The translations under genes were made by a program, and so were the position numbers. From Piromyces finnis finn (lineage: Eukaryota; Fungi; Neocallimastigomycota), in NCBI GenBank assembly GCA_002104945.1, contig MCFH01000046.1:62001-126000 (forward strand): DNA of 64,000 nucleotides, read 5' to 3'. The notes beneath the pieces were generated by a model. The model had not been told where the DNA came from and ran no database searches. It saw only the letters and a program-made list of their open reading frames with translations. Below, piece after piece: positions 1-13,057 of this stretch (positions within the stretch are counted from its first letter, which is position 1; each line of letters begins with the position of its first letter).

Positions 1-3000
1 ACTATTGAAAAAATTGGTAAATAAATAAATATATTAAAAACATAATAAATTTTCATTCTCAAATAAATTTTTATTATAAATTTGTATTGTTTAAATAAAT
101 CGAATAAATAATTACATAAAATAAACCTTGTACTAATTAATTTATCATTAAACGTATAAAAGATGATAAAAATTATGATGATATAAAAAATGAAATTGAA
201 AATCATTTAAATAATATACAACCATCAATAAATATTGAACCAAAGTTATTACAAGCTAAGACGGAAAAAAAGAAAGAAGAAAAACTCAAAATGATTTTGG
301 TAGATATATATATAATTATATATCTGATATATAAAATTCATACTAACCTAATTAAATTATTTATTAAATATCATATAAGAATGATGAAATTGTTTCCAAG
401 ACATTAAAAGATGTACTGTCGAATAAAAATATTATTGAAAAAATTTTAAATATTAATAATTTACAATTGAAAAATGGAGAAACCGAATCAATTTCAAGTA
501 CTGAAGAGTTTAAAGAAGGTGATAATAATACAACAATTTCTCAGAAATCAAATATAAATAATACTACAACATCAGTTGAATCAACTTTAGTGAAAATTCC
601 AACACAACCTTCAGAAAATGCAACAACTTCTGTAGTAACAACATCAATTCCAACATCAACTATAACTTTAGGTGACTCAGTTTTATCTCAAACCAATCAA
701 ATAAATGACAACGTAATAATTAATTCAATTTTAGATTTTAAAGAATTTGATTTACCTAACTCTGATATAATAAGAAAATTATTATTAGAGCCTGGTATTT
801 CTAAAGAAAAAATAAGCCAATATGAAGTAGAGATTTATAAATTTAAATATAATGAAAGGAGATTAAGAAATAAATTTATTTTAATTCAAGATCAACAAAA
901 ACAGTTAAAACTTCATCGAGACCAATTACAAAGTCATGAAACAGAAAAACTAAAAAAAGTATCAGAAGCAGAAAATAAATTAAATGTACATTTTAAGGCA
1001 TTTCAAGCAGAATTAGAGCAGCATAAAAAACATAAAGAACAATTAATGAAAGTAGCAAGTTTAATTGAGCAACAAGCAAAAGAAATGAAAATTAGGCTTA
1101 AACAAAATGATGAATCAAAAGAATCAAGTAAAATACAAGAGGAATTAAAAAGACAGGAAGAACTAAGAAAACAAGAAGAACTAAAAAAACAAGAAGAGTT
1201 AAAGAGACAGGAAGAATTAAAGAAACAAGAAGAATTAAAAAGACAAGAGGAATTAAAAAGACAAGAGGAATTAAAAAGACAAGAAGAATTAAAAAGACAA
1301 GAAGAATTAAAAAGACAAGAGGTGTTGAAAAAACAAGAAGAATTAAAAAGGCAATTAGCTTCATTAAATCAATTATATAATAAGCAAATTATTTCTTCAT
1401 CTAATAATATAAATCGCATCAATAATAATTATAATCAATCAAATCAAAAAACACCTGTAATGCAAAATCAATGGAACAATCAAAAATTTCCACAAAATTA
1501 TAATCAAAATCAACAAATTCCAAAGCCTATTACCCCAAATCAAATGTTAATATCAGCAATATCATCTTCTTTACAATCTTTTCCATATCAATCACAGAAA
1601 GAATCATCAATAAATAATATTAATAGAAATATAGAACAAACACAATATCATTATCGAAAATTACCCCAAAATCATTGTTATCAAACACCACCATCAATTC
1701 GTCAGATGCAACCACTTCAGCAAATGCAACCGTCATCTAAATTCAATCAAGCACAACCAATACATCAACAATTTACTCAACCGATAAATCCATCTCCGTA
1801 TAATCAAAAACATAACTATACCCAACAACAAATTCAACAACAAATCCAACGACTTCAACAATATGAAATTAACAAAAATCTAGAACATTTAACACAATTA
1901 AAACAAATACAGCATAATTTACAACAAAAACAATTAAAACATCAACAACAAATACAAACTCAATCACAAATTATGATACCAAATATTTCAATATCTCAAT
2001 TGGCTCAACAACAAAATCTTCAAGGTCCTCAAAATAAAATAACACCACAAACGCCACTACAATTTCAAGCATCTCAACCATTATCACAAGTGCAAATGCA
2101 ATCTCAGCCATCAAATATACTACCGCAAGTACAAACCACCCAAGTTTATCCATCCCAATCACAATATCAATTATCCCAATTACAGTCTCAAATGCAATCA
2201 CAACCACAAGTGCCCCAACAACAACCACAATCATCTCAATTACAACCACAAGTGTCCAAGCAACAACCACAAGTGCCCCAACAACAACCACTAATTCAAC
2301 CACAACTTCAATCATCACAAACTATATCACAAGTACAACAATCGCAACCTCAATCATCACAAACTATATCACAAGTACAACAATCGCAACCTCAATCATC
2401 ACAAATTATATCACAAGTTCAACAATCGCAACCTCAATCATCACAAACTATATCACAAGTTCAACAATCGCAACCTCAATCATCACAAACTATATCACAA
2501 GTACAACAATCGCAACCTCAATCATCACAAACTATATCACAAGTTCAACAATCACAACCTCAATCATCTCAACCCCAATCATCACAATTACAACAACCAT
2601 TACAAACTCAATTACCATCGGAAACAATACCATCTAAACAAATAACACCCGAACAGACATCATCTCAGTCTAAATCATCTTTATCAGTGCAACCTCAATT
2701 ACCATCAACTCAGTCAAATTTACCACATTCACAATCTGCTCAAGTTCCACCCACAAAAAATAATAATACAATTTCATATAAATTAAATTCTTATAATTAT
2801 AAAGTACCTGCTTCATTAGTTTCAATATTTGACACTATTGAAAAAGAACTTTTAGAAGAAAAAGAAAATAAACGGAAATTATCCAATAGTACATCTTCTG
2901 AATTGGAAAAAATTAAAAAAATTAAGTATAAAGATCAACATGAGCCATATATTATTCATAATAAGCCTATGCCATTCCACATTCCATTAGTTGGTCCAGA

Positions 3001-4243
3001 AATGAATATTACTTTTAATAAAAAGTATATTCGCCACACACGAAACTCATTTGAAGATTGTAAAATCCAATGTACAAATTGTACAGATAACCGTCAAATA
3101 GTAATTGATTTTACCGCTGTGACTAATATTATGAATCTAACTCAAAATATTGCAAAAGAATTTAATAAACGTTGGTCATGGGACATAAAAACCGTAAAGA
3201 AGAGTTATTTTATTGAAACTATCTACAAACAATTTGATAAACAATATAACAGTCAGTCTTCAGAGAAAAATGATAAAAAAGAGGATATTCCAAGTAAAGA
3301 AACCATACTATCTAATAATAATGATGATAATAAATCTAATAAAGTCGATGAAAATAAAGATACAAATAAAAATCAACAAGAAAAAGAAAACGGAAAGGAA
3401 AATGATACAATTGAAAAAGAAAAGGATGAAGCAGATAAAAACGAGAAAAGTAAAGAAAATATAGGAAATTCAATCATTATAGATTTATCAGAAAATAAAA
3501 GTGACTCTAATACTAATAAGACTAACGATAATAATAGTAAAAAAGATGATGCTAATAATAAAGGTAATGATGCCATTAATAGTAAGGAAAATAAAACTAG
3601 TGATAATAAGAAAGACGATACTAATAAAAAGGATGATAATAGAATTATTGATAAAAATAATGAAATTAATGATTCTTCCTCCAAAATGGATATTGATCCT
3701 CAAGATAATAAAATTAATAAAGAATCTTCCTCCCAAGGTACTGAAAAGGATAGTAATGAACAAGAAAATATAGATGATAGTGAAAATACCAACAATACCA
3801 ACAATAACAACAATAATAATACCAATGTTACTACGACTTTCCATAAAAGAAATATTAAACGAGTTAAAGATTTAGGTTTGGTAATTCTTCGTCATTCCAT
3901 GACTCCTAAAGATTATGACGCCTACAAGATGCCAAAGAATAAACAACAACAAGAATTTAATACACCAATTGCAAAATTATTAAAATCACCTAGTGAAATA
4001 CTTTGGAACTATCGCAGAATAGATAAAGGAAGGATGGAGCAGAAAGATTATCCTTACGTCATTAAACGAGTTTTTATGAGTGATAATGAATACGAAGGTA
4101 TTTCTCCTTTAGATATAGAATTACGATACATTACATGGGATGGTAAAATGATTCATGTTTTACCGGATAAGCCAATAGAAGAACTCTTTTTTAATGCAAA
4201 ATGCTTATGGGTAACTATACCATGGGAAGTACATAATATTTAA
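1..4243 (+). CDS. Hypothetical low-complexity (Q/N/S-rich) protein, 5'-partial, multi-exon
   Basis: The 1258-aa ORF 467..4243 begins at TTG but stays open upstream to an AG acceptor at 378-379. GT-AG introns at 17-162 (TACTAAT branch-like site at 131-137) and 300-379 join in frame (…TIEKI-D-DKNYDDIKNEIENHLNNIQPSINIEPKLLQAKTEKKKEEKLKMIL-NDEIVSKTLKD…). I did not recognise a family. Confidence 0.8.
1136..1351 (+). repeat. Coding tandem repeat, 12 x 18 nt, encoding QEEL(K/R)(R/K)
   Basis: Directly visible in the sequence and the translation (QEELKR QEELRK QEELKK … QEVLKK QEELKR). Confidence 0.95.
2309..2560 (+). repeat. Coding tandem repeat, 6 x 42 nt, encoding QSSQTISQVQQSQP
   Basis: The unit caatcatcacaaactatatcacaagt(a/t)caacaatc(g/a)caacct repeats nearly identically six times, followed by truncated copies. 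Confidence 0.95.
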
Positions 4244-4571
4244 AATGAATTCATCTTTTGTACCCACACACCCATTAAAAATTTATAAAATAAAAATATA
4301 TTAATCTTTATTTGTTTTCTTGCTTGCTATTTATTAATGCTAAAATGAAAATAATTTAATTTATCCATAAAATCGAATATTTTTAAACTTTTATTAATTT
4401 ATTTATTTATTTATTTATTTATTTTTTCTTTTTCTTTTTCTTTTAGTGCTTCAAAAACTGTTAAAAATAGTTTTTTTTTTTTTTTTTCAAATAAAAAAAT
4501 TTTTTAAAATGAAATTTCTTAAAAGTTTACTTTTATTCCCTACTACAAAAATGTTATTAACGATTAAATGC

Positions 4572-4573
4572 TT

Positions 4574-4609
<36 letters not shown>
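4572..4609. repeat. Abutting T22/A16 homopolymers (self-complementary)
   Basis: A run of 22 T is followed directly by 16 A, in the spacer between two convergent genes. Confidence 0.85.
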
Positions 4610-4995
4610 TTACTATTTTATTAGTTATCGGTATATTTATTTATATTATTATATATATAATAAAGAAAAAAAATTAATATATTATATAGATGATAAAAAT
4701 TGAAATAACTGAAACAAAAACAAAAAAAAAAATTAAAATTTTTTTATTTTTTTTATTTCTTTAAATTAAAAAAAAAATAAAAATAAAAAATATTAATAAA
4801 TATGATGAAAATTGGTATTTTGTATTTATATTATTAATTAAATTTTAGTATTTTATTTTTTAATATTGTAATAATAGAACTGTGATATATATATTTTATA
4901 TTTCTTATAAGAATAATTAAAGTTATATAATAATTAAATATTAAATATTATTATTTTTTTTCTATATTATGTTTTCTTTATTTAATTATAGTATT

Positions 4996-7900
4996 TTATT
5001 GTCTTGAAACTATTCTATTTGGTGGGATTGGTGGAGGTGATGAAGCAGGACTAAGTTGTACGACCTTTGCTGTATTTCTTGGTGAGTTTAATGGTGAGTT
5101 ATGATTAGATGAATTTGAATTGATATTAGTAATATCATTTACTTTTTCATTATTTTGGTTAGCTGTCTGATAAACTGGCTTAACGTTCATATTGAAATTA
5201 GCGTTTGAATTATTTAAATTTTGACTATTATTAACTGATTTTGCATTTTGATAACTTGGTGATGGAACAGATAAATTACTATTAATATTTGGATTACTAT
5301 TAGAATTTAATAAAGGTGATTTATTTGGGAGTGAACTAATTGCATTACTAGATTTTGAATGAGCAGATTGAATTGGTGTAATTAAAGGTGATGTTGATGA
5401 TGATGAAGTAGTTGATGAAAAACGTCTTAATGCATTGTTTTGTCGAGCCATTTGCATTTGAACTGCTTGTTTTTGTTGAAGTTGTACTGCACGTAATACA
5501 GCTGGGTTAGTAGAAAGATTAGCTTGTCCACTAGTAGTATTATGTGAAATACCAATAACTTGACTTGCAGCATTATTTGGATTATTACCAACAGGTGAAG
5601 TATTTTGAGGACTATTAGCATTTACTGATCCTTGACTAATATAAGCACTATTGTTTCTTATACCTAAACGTTCTTTTTCATATTCAGCCCAATGCTTTAA
5701 TGGTACTGAAGTACTATCAAATTCACCATCCTTATTACTATGATCACCATCCTTACCGCTACCTTGAACCTTTCTAGTTTCACCCCATGAGAAATCATCG
5801 AAATGCCACATGGCATAAGATGGAAGAACTAAATTCCAAACTGGAAGAGAAACAAGATACATAAGCATCCATCCTACATAATTCCATTTGAAGGAAGTAA
5901 TAACAATTAAAATACCTGGTAAACCTAAAATAGCTATAAGCATAAGAATTGGAACCCATTCAACACGACCAGACAAAATAGTGTATAGAATTAAGTAAAT
6001 AGTAAAGCAAATAGCTGCAGGTAAAACAACAGTACCAGAAAGTTCAACAGCAACAACAAATTGCATTGAGAAACAGAATGTACCACAAAGATCGCGAACT
6101 AATACTAATTCTAATAAGTTATGAATAGTAGAATTAATCCAACGACGTCTTTGTGATAATAAAACCTTAAAAGTATCTGGAACAATAGTTTTACATAATG
6201 CATGAGGAATAAATACCATTTTACGCTTTGGAAAAGTTTTTAACATCAAGGTGGTAAGGAAACGATCTTCACCAAGTAATAATAAGTTTTTCTTGTGAAG
6301 AGTATCAACAACATTTTCAGAATATTCTTCTACAATATCTGGGTTAGCCAAAATTGGAACATAGTATCCAGGAAGACCTTTTCTAGCCTTTATTCTATAC
6401 ATACAGAAACAACCAGGAAGACAAGTAACACCACCAAACATAGATTCAAAACCTTTACTTAAGTGATGAGAAATATAATATTCGAAAACTTGAATCATAG
6501 TCCAAAAACTAGTTGATTTATTGGCAATGCAAGTTTCACCACAAAGACCCATAATTAAATTATCGTTATACATAGCACGAACCATATAAGCAAGAGATGA
6601 TTGTTTTACCTTAGTATCAGCATCCACCATTAATACTAATTCATATTGATCTGGGTTAACTTTAGCAATGTGACGAATACGAGTACAAAGATCAAAATCA
6701 AGTGGAGTCATACGATCATTGAACATAACTCTACTTAAGAAATTCATTAAAATTAATTGAGAATCTCTTTTACCACGATTACCTGGTTTTGGAGACTTGG
6801 CTTCATCAGGGGTACCACACTTAACAACATTAATAATTGGAACACAATGTTTGCGATCATCAGAAATATAATAACCAGCATGAACTTTAGCCATATTATG
6901 TTGTTTTTTTCCACTAGCAATAGCAATATAACTTTGTGGTTGAGGCTTAGGTAAATTCTTATCTTCTTGCATTAAACCACAAATAATATCTGGAGTAAAA
7001 CGATTATTACCCTCACCACGAATAATTCCATCAGCAATAACAAAAATTAATTTATGATCATCTTTATAAGTTGTAGATGCCAATGAATCTAAAGTATTAT
7101 GAATACCTTGTTCACCTTCAGAATAACAAGTTACTAAACACATTGTATACAATAGTTCATCTTCTTCTTCTTCATTTAAGAAATTAGAGTTAGAAAAACT
7201 CATTGATTTTTCATCTAAAAGATTTGAACTTGAATGATAACTCTTTGTTCTGATTGTTGAAGTAAGATTCATATTTGAGTCTTGTAATGAGTTTCCACCA
7301 TTTACATTTTTACTTATAAATCTATCTGCCACAATCCAGTGGAAAATTACAGCCATAAAGAATTTTGTTAATACTATACCGAGAATAATTACAACAAATA
7401 CATCAGAAAAAGCTTGTACAGCTAAACATACCATTGAACTACTGCTTACATAACCTACAGTAAAACGTTCTCTAATACATTCCATAGAATTACTGTCATC
7501 TGATTGCTTTGTTACTTGAAGTGTAATATCTCTACCAAGATTTTTTTGTAACTTTGTTACCAATTTTTTATCCTTGAAATCGCTAGCATAGGTTGAAAAG
7601 AAATCTGTTAAATTCAAAACATATCCGTTATAAACAACAAATTGGTTTTGTTTTTTAAGGGTTCTAAATCTTTCTACTATATCCCATGTAATTAATTGTT
7701 TACCATCAATATGAACTTTATCCAAGATTTTATTATCATAACATTTACCTCCTCTACAACTTAATTTACCTTCTGGAATAAGATTTTTACATTTAGATTT
7801 TGAAATGCTTCCACCTTCATAAAACATATCTGATATATCTAAATTTTTCATATCATCTGGAATATCAATACCAGTTTTCTTGCTTAAGTCTTTAGTATTA

Positions 7901-8571
7901 TAAAATATACCACTAACTAAAACTGATCCCTTATCTCCTACAACAAGTTTACCATCTTTTTCTTGTGCCCATGGAACTGGACTACGAGAGCCATCACTTG
8001 GACATGCTAATTTTTGCATAGCAAAAGTAATAAAACCTACAATAATCATCATAAATAAGCATATCATACATAAAGTTACTTTTTCTCTCCAAGCTTGTTG
8101 TACAGCTGGTGTTGTCATACCACCACAAGATTTTAAACAACCTGAACAAATACAGCATGTAACTGTCTTGGAGAAACATTCCCATAATGACATTTTCTTT
8201 TTCTTTTCTACTTTAATGTTTTGCTTTTGTCTTCTTACAGTAGTAGCACCAGCTCTAACAGGTGGTGGTAAATCATGAGCTACTAAATTTCTCTGTTGAC
8301 GACTAGCCCTTCTCTCAGGACGAGATAACGTATTTCTATGTTTAATTAAAGTACCAGTAACTTGTCCATCTGCGGTTTGAGCTGTTTCCTCGTAATATTG
8401 AACTTTATTTGGTTTAGCTGGTATATCCGAAATTTCTACTGATGGAACATTATTTGGTATTTCACCATATCTTGTACGTCCTCTAGTATCATTTTTGGAG
8501 CTTCCGGAGGAAGGAATATCAACTATTTCAATATTATTATCTTCCATTCTTAATGGTATAGTCTCTGCCAT
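4996..8571 (-). CDS. CHS3: Chitin synthase, division 2, class IV (Chs3-like), single exon
   Basis: 1191-aa ORF with GT2 chitin synthase motifs [35 protein letters not shown] and QRRRWINST. It has an N-terminal TLSRPERR motif, a cytochrome-b5-like segment and C-terminal TM helices, and no myosin head. The class assignment comes from motif recognition. Confidence 0.93.
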   Translation of the reverse strand: MAETIPLRMEDNNIEIVDIPSSGSSKNDTRGRTRYGEIPNNVPSVEISDIPAKPNKVQYYEETAQTADGQVTGTLIKHRNTLSRPERRASRQQRNLVAHDLPPPVRAGATTVRRQKQNIKVEKKKKMSLWECFSKTVTCCICSGCLKSCGGMTTPAVQQAWREKVTLCMICLFMMIIVGFITFAMQKLACPSDGSRSPVPWAQEKDGKLVVGDKGSVLVSGIFYNTKDLSKKTGIDIPDDMKNLDISDMFYEGGSISKSKCKNLIPEGKLSCRGGKCYDNKILDKVHIDGKQLITWDIVERFRTLKKQNQFVVYNGYVLNLTDFFSTYASDFKDKKLVTKLQKNLGRDITLQVTKQSDDSNSMECIRERFTVGYVSSSSMVCLAVQAFSDVFVVIILGIVLTKFFMAVIFHWIVADRFISKNVNGGNSLQDSNMNLTSTIRTKSYHSSSNLLDEKSMSFSNSNFLNEEEEDELLYTMCLVTCYSEGEQGIHNTLDSLASTTYKDDHKLIFVIADGIIRGEGNNRFTPDIICGLMQEDKNLPKPQPQSYIAIASGKKQHNMAKVHAGYYISDDRKHCVPIINVVKCGTPDEAKSPKPGNRGKRDSQLILMNFLSRVMFNDRMTPLDFDLCTRIRHIAKVNPDQYELVLMVDADTKVKQSSLAYMVRAMYNDNLIMGLCGETCIANKSTSFWTMIQVFEYYISHHLSKGFESMFGGVTCLPGCFCMYRIKARKGLPGYYVPILANPDIVEEYSENVVDTLHKKNLLLLGEDRFLTTLMLKTFPKRKMVFIPHALCKTIVPDTFKVLLSQRRRWINSTIHNLLELVLVRDLCGTFCFSMQFVVAVELSGTVVLPAAICFTIYLILYTILSGRVEWVPILMLIAILGLPGILIVITSFKWNYVGWMLMYLVSLPVWNLVLPSYAMWHFDDFSWGETRKVQGSGKDGDHSNKDGEFDSTSVPLKHWAEYEKERLGIRNNSAYISQGSVNANSPQNTSPVGNNPNNAASQVIGISHNTTSGQANLSTNPAVLRAVQLQQKQAVQMQMARQNNALRRFSSTTSSSSTSPLITPIQSAHSKSSNAISSLPNKSPLLNSNSNPNINSNLSVPSPSYQNAKSVNNSQNLNNSNANFNMNVKPVYQTANQNNEKVNDITNINSNSSNHNSPLNSPRNTAKVVQLSPASSPPPIPPNRIVSRQ

Positions 8572-9904
8572 GAGTCAAGATTGACTTTATTATTTAAATA
8601 TAAAAAAAAACTTTATTATTATACTATCTAAAATAATATATATATCATTTAAAAGGTATTTTAAAGGTGTATTAATATTATTAATCTCACCTCCAAATTC
8701 TTTTTGTTTTTTTAATAAAATAACTTCTTTGTCTTTTTCAAGAAGCAAAAAAAAAAATTATGTTTAAATTATACCTTGAAATATTATAAATTAATATTAT
8801 AAATATTTCTAATTCTTATTTTAAGAATTATAATAATTAATAAAAGTTTCAATAAAAGAATTAGAATTAAGTAAAAAAAAAAAAATTATTAATATTAATG
8901 TTTAAAAATTATCCAATTCCGTTTTAAAAAATTTTTTTTTTTAATTTAAATTAATATTATTATAATAGTTTTTTTAATGTTTAAATCTAATTTTATTATT
9001 CTGTTTTAAAGCTTCGATATTTTTAAGTTTAAATATTTTAATTTTTATTTTTATTTTAATATTGTTTTTATATAATTATATATATTATATAATATTTTTT
9101 TTACTTTAGTGAAGTATTAATTATTTTTTCTATAATTATTTTTTAATTTTGTGTAATAGTAATATATTCTTTTTTATTTGAGAATATAATAATTCTTTTT
9201 TTAAAAATTGATAAAATATAAGATTAAATTAAATGATAAATTTTAAGTTTAATTAAAATAATTTAATTTTATATTAATCTCATTATTAAAAATTATATTT
9301 TTATATTATTGTTTTTTTATTATTATTATTATTATTAAAAATTACATTGACTTTATGTATGTAACTTTTATTTGTTGAACTAATTCATTAAAATCAATCT
9401 TTATTTATTTTTAAAAATTTTTGATTTTAAAAAAAAAATATACTCTATATTAAAAGTCAAATTTAATTCTATATGTTGTTATTTTTATTTTATATTTATA
9501 TAGTTATTCCAATTAATTAAATTATTTTAATATACTTTAAAATATATGCCAATAAGCAATTTATATAGGTGTAACATAAAATTTTTCAAATAAAAAAATG
9601 ATCTATTGATATAATATATATTCAATATACTTACTATATATTATCAAATATAATAATTAATAAATAAATTTTGTTTTTTAGCTAATAAAATATATATTAG
9701 TATGGGCTTCATAAATATAAAAAAAAATTTAAAAATATAATTATTTATTGGGTAAAAATAACAATAAAAATAATATTATATGGTTTTAGCCGCTACTATT
9801 TCAAATTAAAGCCATATTTTAGCTATATTATAATATTTTATAATTGGTATATTATTTGTATTATAATTTATCAGCCTCGCTTTAAATTTTAAATAATATT
9901 TACA

Positions 9905-10086
<182 letters not shown>

Positions 10087-13057
10087 TTAGAATTTGATTT
10101 TTTTCATTTCATTCTTTATACTATTGCTTTATTGTTAAATTTCGAATTCGTAACTCTTAATAGTATAATTAATTATCATTGCTCATTCAAGCACATTTAA
10201 ACACTAAAATATTATTTAAATATTTTAAACATTATAAATATGATTGACTTGGAATAAAGTATTGTTTCTTTTATTAATTCATTTTTATTGTCATCTTGTC
10301 CCAATTTAAGTATATTAATTTTATTTTTAAATTTCATAATATAAATGTTTAAATATTATACTTACTTTGTTAATGATATAGATTTTTTATCAACATACAT
10401 TAAACACATATCAATTGTATTTTATCATGTATGTTACTAGAAAGTAATGATTTACTATTTATTTTTATATATGTATATATATATACTGTTTTACTTTTTG
10501 AGTTATAATATTATATTTTATTTCTATATATATGAAATAAATAATTTTAATTTATATATATAATCTTGTTTTCTCGTTTTAAATTGAAAACATAAGAATA
10601 ATAATTCTATTATTTTTATATTCCAGATAGTAAATATTGATTAAATTAATAAATGTATATAATGAATGAAGATTAAACAATTTATAAATTAAAAAAAAAA
10701 ACAATTTTAACAAAAAAACATTTTTTTAAAAATATATATATTAAATAAAAATTTATAAAAATTATAAAATTTGTTTTTTTAGAATTGAAAATTATTTATC
10801 AATAAATTTTCAAATATAATTTTATTTTTTTTATTATGTTATATATTAATAATTGTATTGTAAATAAATTGATAAATAAATTTATTACTCATTCATAAAT
10901 AAATAATAAAAAAAATTAGGAATAAAATATTTATATCCATTATAATATTTATTAATTATTTTAAAGAAATATCAAATAAAATAAACTTAAACCGTAATTT
11001 TAAATAATAATAATAATTATAATTATTTATCTTTTTTACAATATATGAAAATAGAGTAAAATGGCAATTTAATTAGAGGGACTTTGATTATAATTACTTA
11101 TTAATTCAATTCATCATCTTTTATTAATTCAATTAACTTTAAAAATTTAGTTCAATAAATAAACTTTATTAATAGTAATTTGGAATGTCACAATTTTGTG
11201 AAGGATTAGATTTTTAATATGGGACAAATTAAATATGCAAGAAATTGATTTTCCATTCTAATAAGCGAAATATTTTATTGATATTGATCTGATATTAGCT
11301 AAATTTTAAAATGAATTGGTATTCATATATATAATATAAATAATAATATAACATAATTTAACATTAAATAATCATTTCAACAACTACACCACCATAACTA
11401 TTAAACTATTTTAATACTTATAATAATAAACATGCATTATTTATAAATTTAAATATTTAAGTATTTTTAAAAATTGCTTTTAAGCTTAGGTATGCATATT
11501 ATACACAAAATGCTTTATTTTAATAATAAAACACCAAATATAAATATTTATATTGAATTTACACTCTTAATTAAATCAAATGTAATTTATTAATAATAAT
11601 TTTTAATTTAGAATATATTATTTACATATATTGTTAATTTATTAGTACATATATTTGAATTGATAATTTTTATAATCTTAAAAGTTAAAAAATATTGTTA
11701 TATATTATAATATAATACTAATGTTTATGTATTAATAAATTAACATATATTTAAAAACAATTAATATATAGTATTTGATTAAAAATAGTATAAATAATAT
11801 ATATATCAATATATTATGAATTAACTAAATATATATTTTATTTTAATGTTTTTAGATAAAAATTTAAGACTATTTTAATCATTCTTTCCTTTTTAATAGT
11901 ATAATTAAAATATATATTAATATTAATTTAATATATGCATAATAAAAATTAAATATATAAACAAATTAAATTATAAAAGAAAATTAATATAACACATTTT
12001 AAAGTATAAAAAAGATAATTCATTTTACATTACATTACGTACAATGTAATAGGATAAAATTAATAAAAATATCTTAATGAGGAGTTAAAATTTTAAGGAG
12101 TAAAAAAGGTTATATTTTATTAGGAAAGAATTGATGATGATTTAACCAATACTTTTAATTGGAATGTTGAGAATAATAATAAAAATTAAATATTATAATA
12201 TTTCATAATACTTAATTTCAAATAGGTTGTTTTAAATTTGTATAATAGAAAAAAGAAAATTATCTATATCATTTTATTTCTATTAAAATATTATAATTCG
12301 TTATTTATTTAAAAGTATTATGTATGTAATTAAGAAATAATAGAAAAGTAGTTGGATAATGAATTTTAGCATTTTTATACAATTAATTATAAAAAAAAAC
12401 AAATATATTCTATATAAAAATAAAAATATATTAGGGAATAACTAAATATTAAATAATTTAATAGCAACTGAAAATTAATACTAAAATGTAGTTAAAAAAA
12501 TAGAATACTTCTCCATTAATTTTTATCATATTTTTTTTATTTCTTTAATATATTTGAATAAATATAATACCTTTAAATGAAGTATTTGAATATTAAATAT
12601 TTCATAGCCTACTAAGTTTTAATATAGTTTAATAATAATGATGACTTTTACCTTTTATTAGTTAAAATTTTATTTATTGAAATTGATATTCTTTAACCTT
12701 TAAAAAAAACTATTATTTGGTTATCATAGATCATAAATTAAAAAATAATTAATAATGGGATTATAAATATTATAAATAAAAATGTTTGAAAATTTTGTTG
12801 AAAAAAAAAAAGGAATTTACTGAATGATACTAATTCTAATTATGTTGATATAAACATTCAAAATCATTTATTAATATAATATTTTGGTATAACAATCGAT
12901 TATTATTTTTTTTCCCTTTTTTTATAAATAAATATTTACACTTTTATTTCTTTAATATTAATTATATAAAAGATTAAATGGTATATAATGTATATGATTA
13001 TTGATTATTTATAATGAAAAAAATATTAAATGGATATATATGATTATTTTAATATGT

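Noticed and set aside
1136-2560. Regular repeats as a CRISPR-like array
   Set aside because: The units are contiguous, in-frame coding repeats without unique spacers, in a eukaryotic gene.
1098-3844. Antisense and alternate-frame ORFs with hydrophobic 'LVFLI…' or 'VVVV…' translations (1098-1364, 1971-2318, 3213-3464, 3373-3684, 3488-3844, 3501-3773)
   Set aside because: Shadow ORFs of the repetitive E/K/Q/N-coding strand. They look like membrane proteins only because of complementary codon bias.
9778-9817. 10-bp G-U-containing stem (tatggtttta…taaagccata) as a possible snoRNA hairpin
   Set aside because: No second hairpin or H/ACA boxes could be identified.
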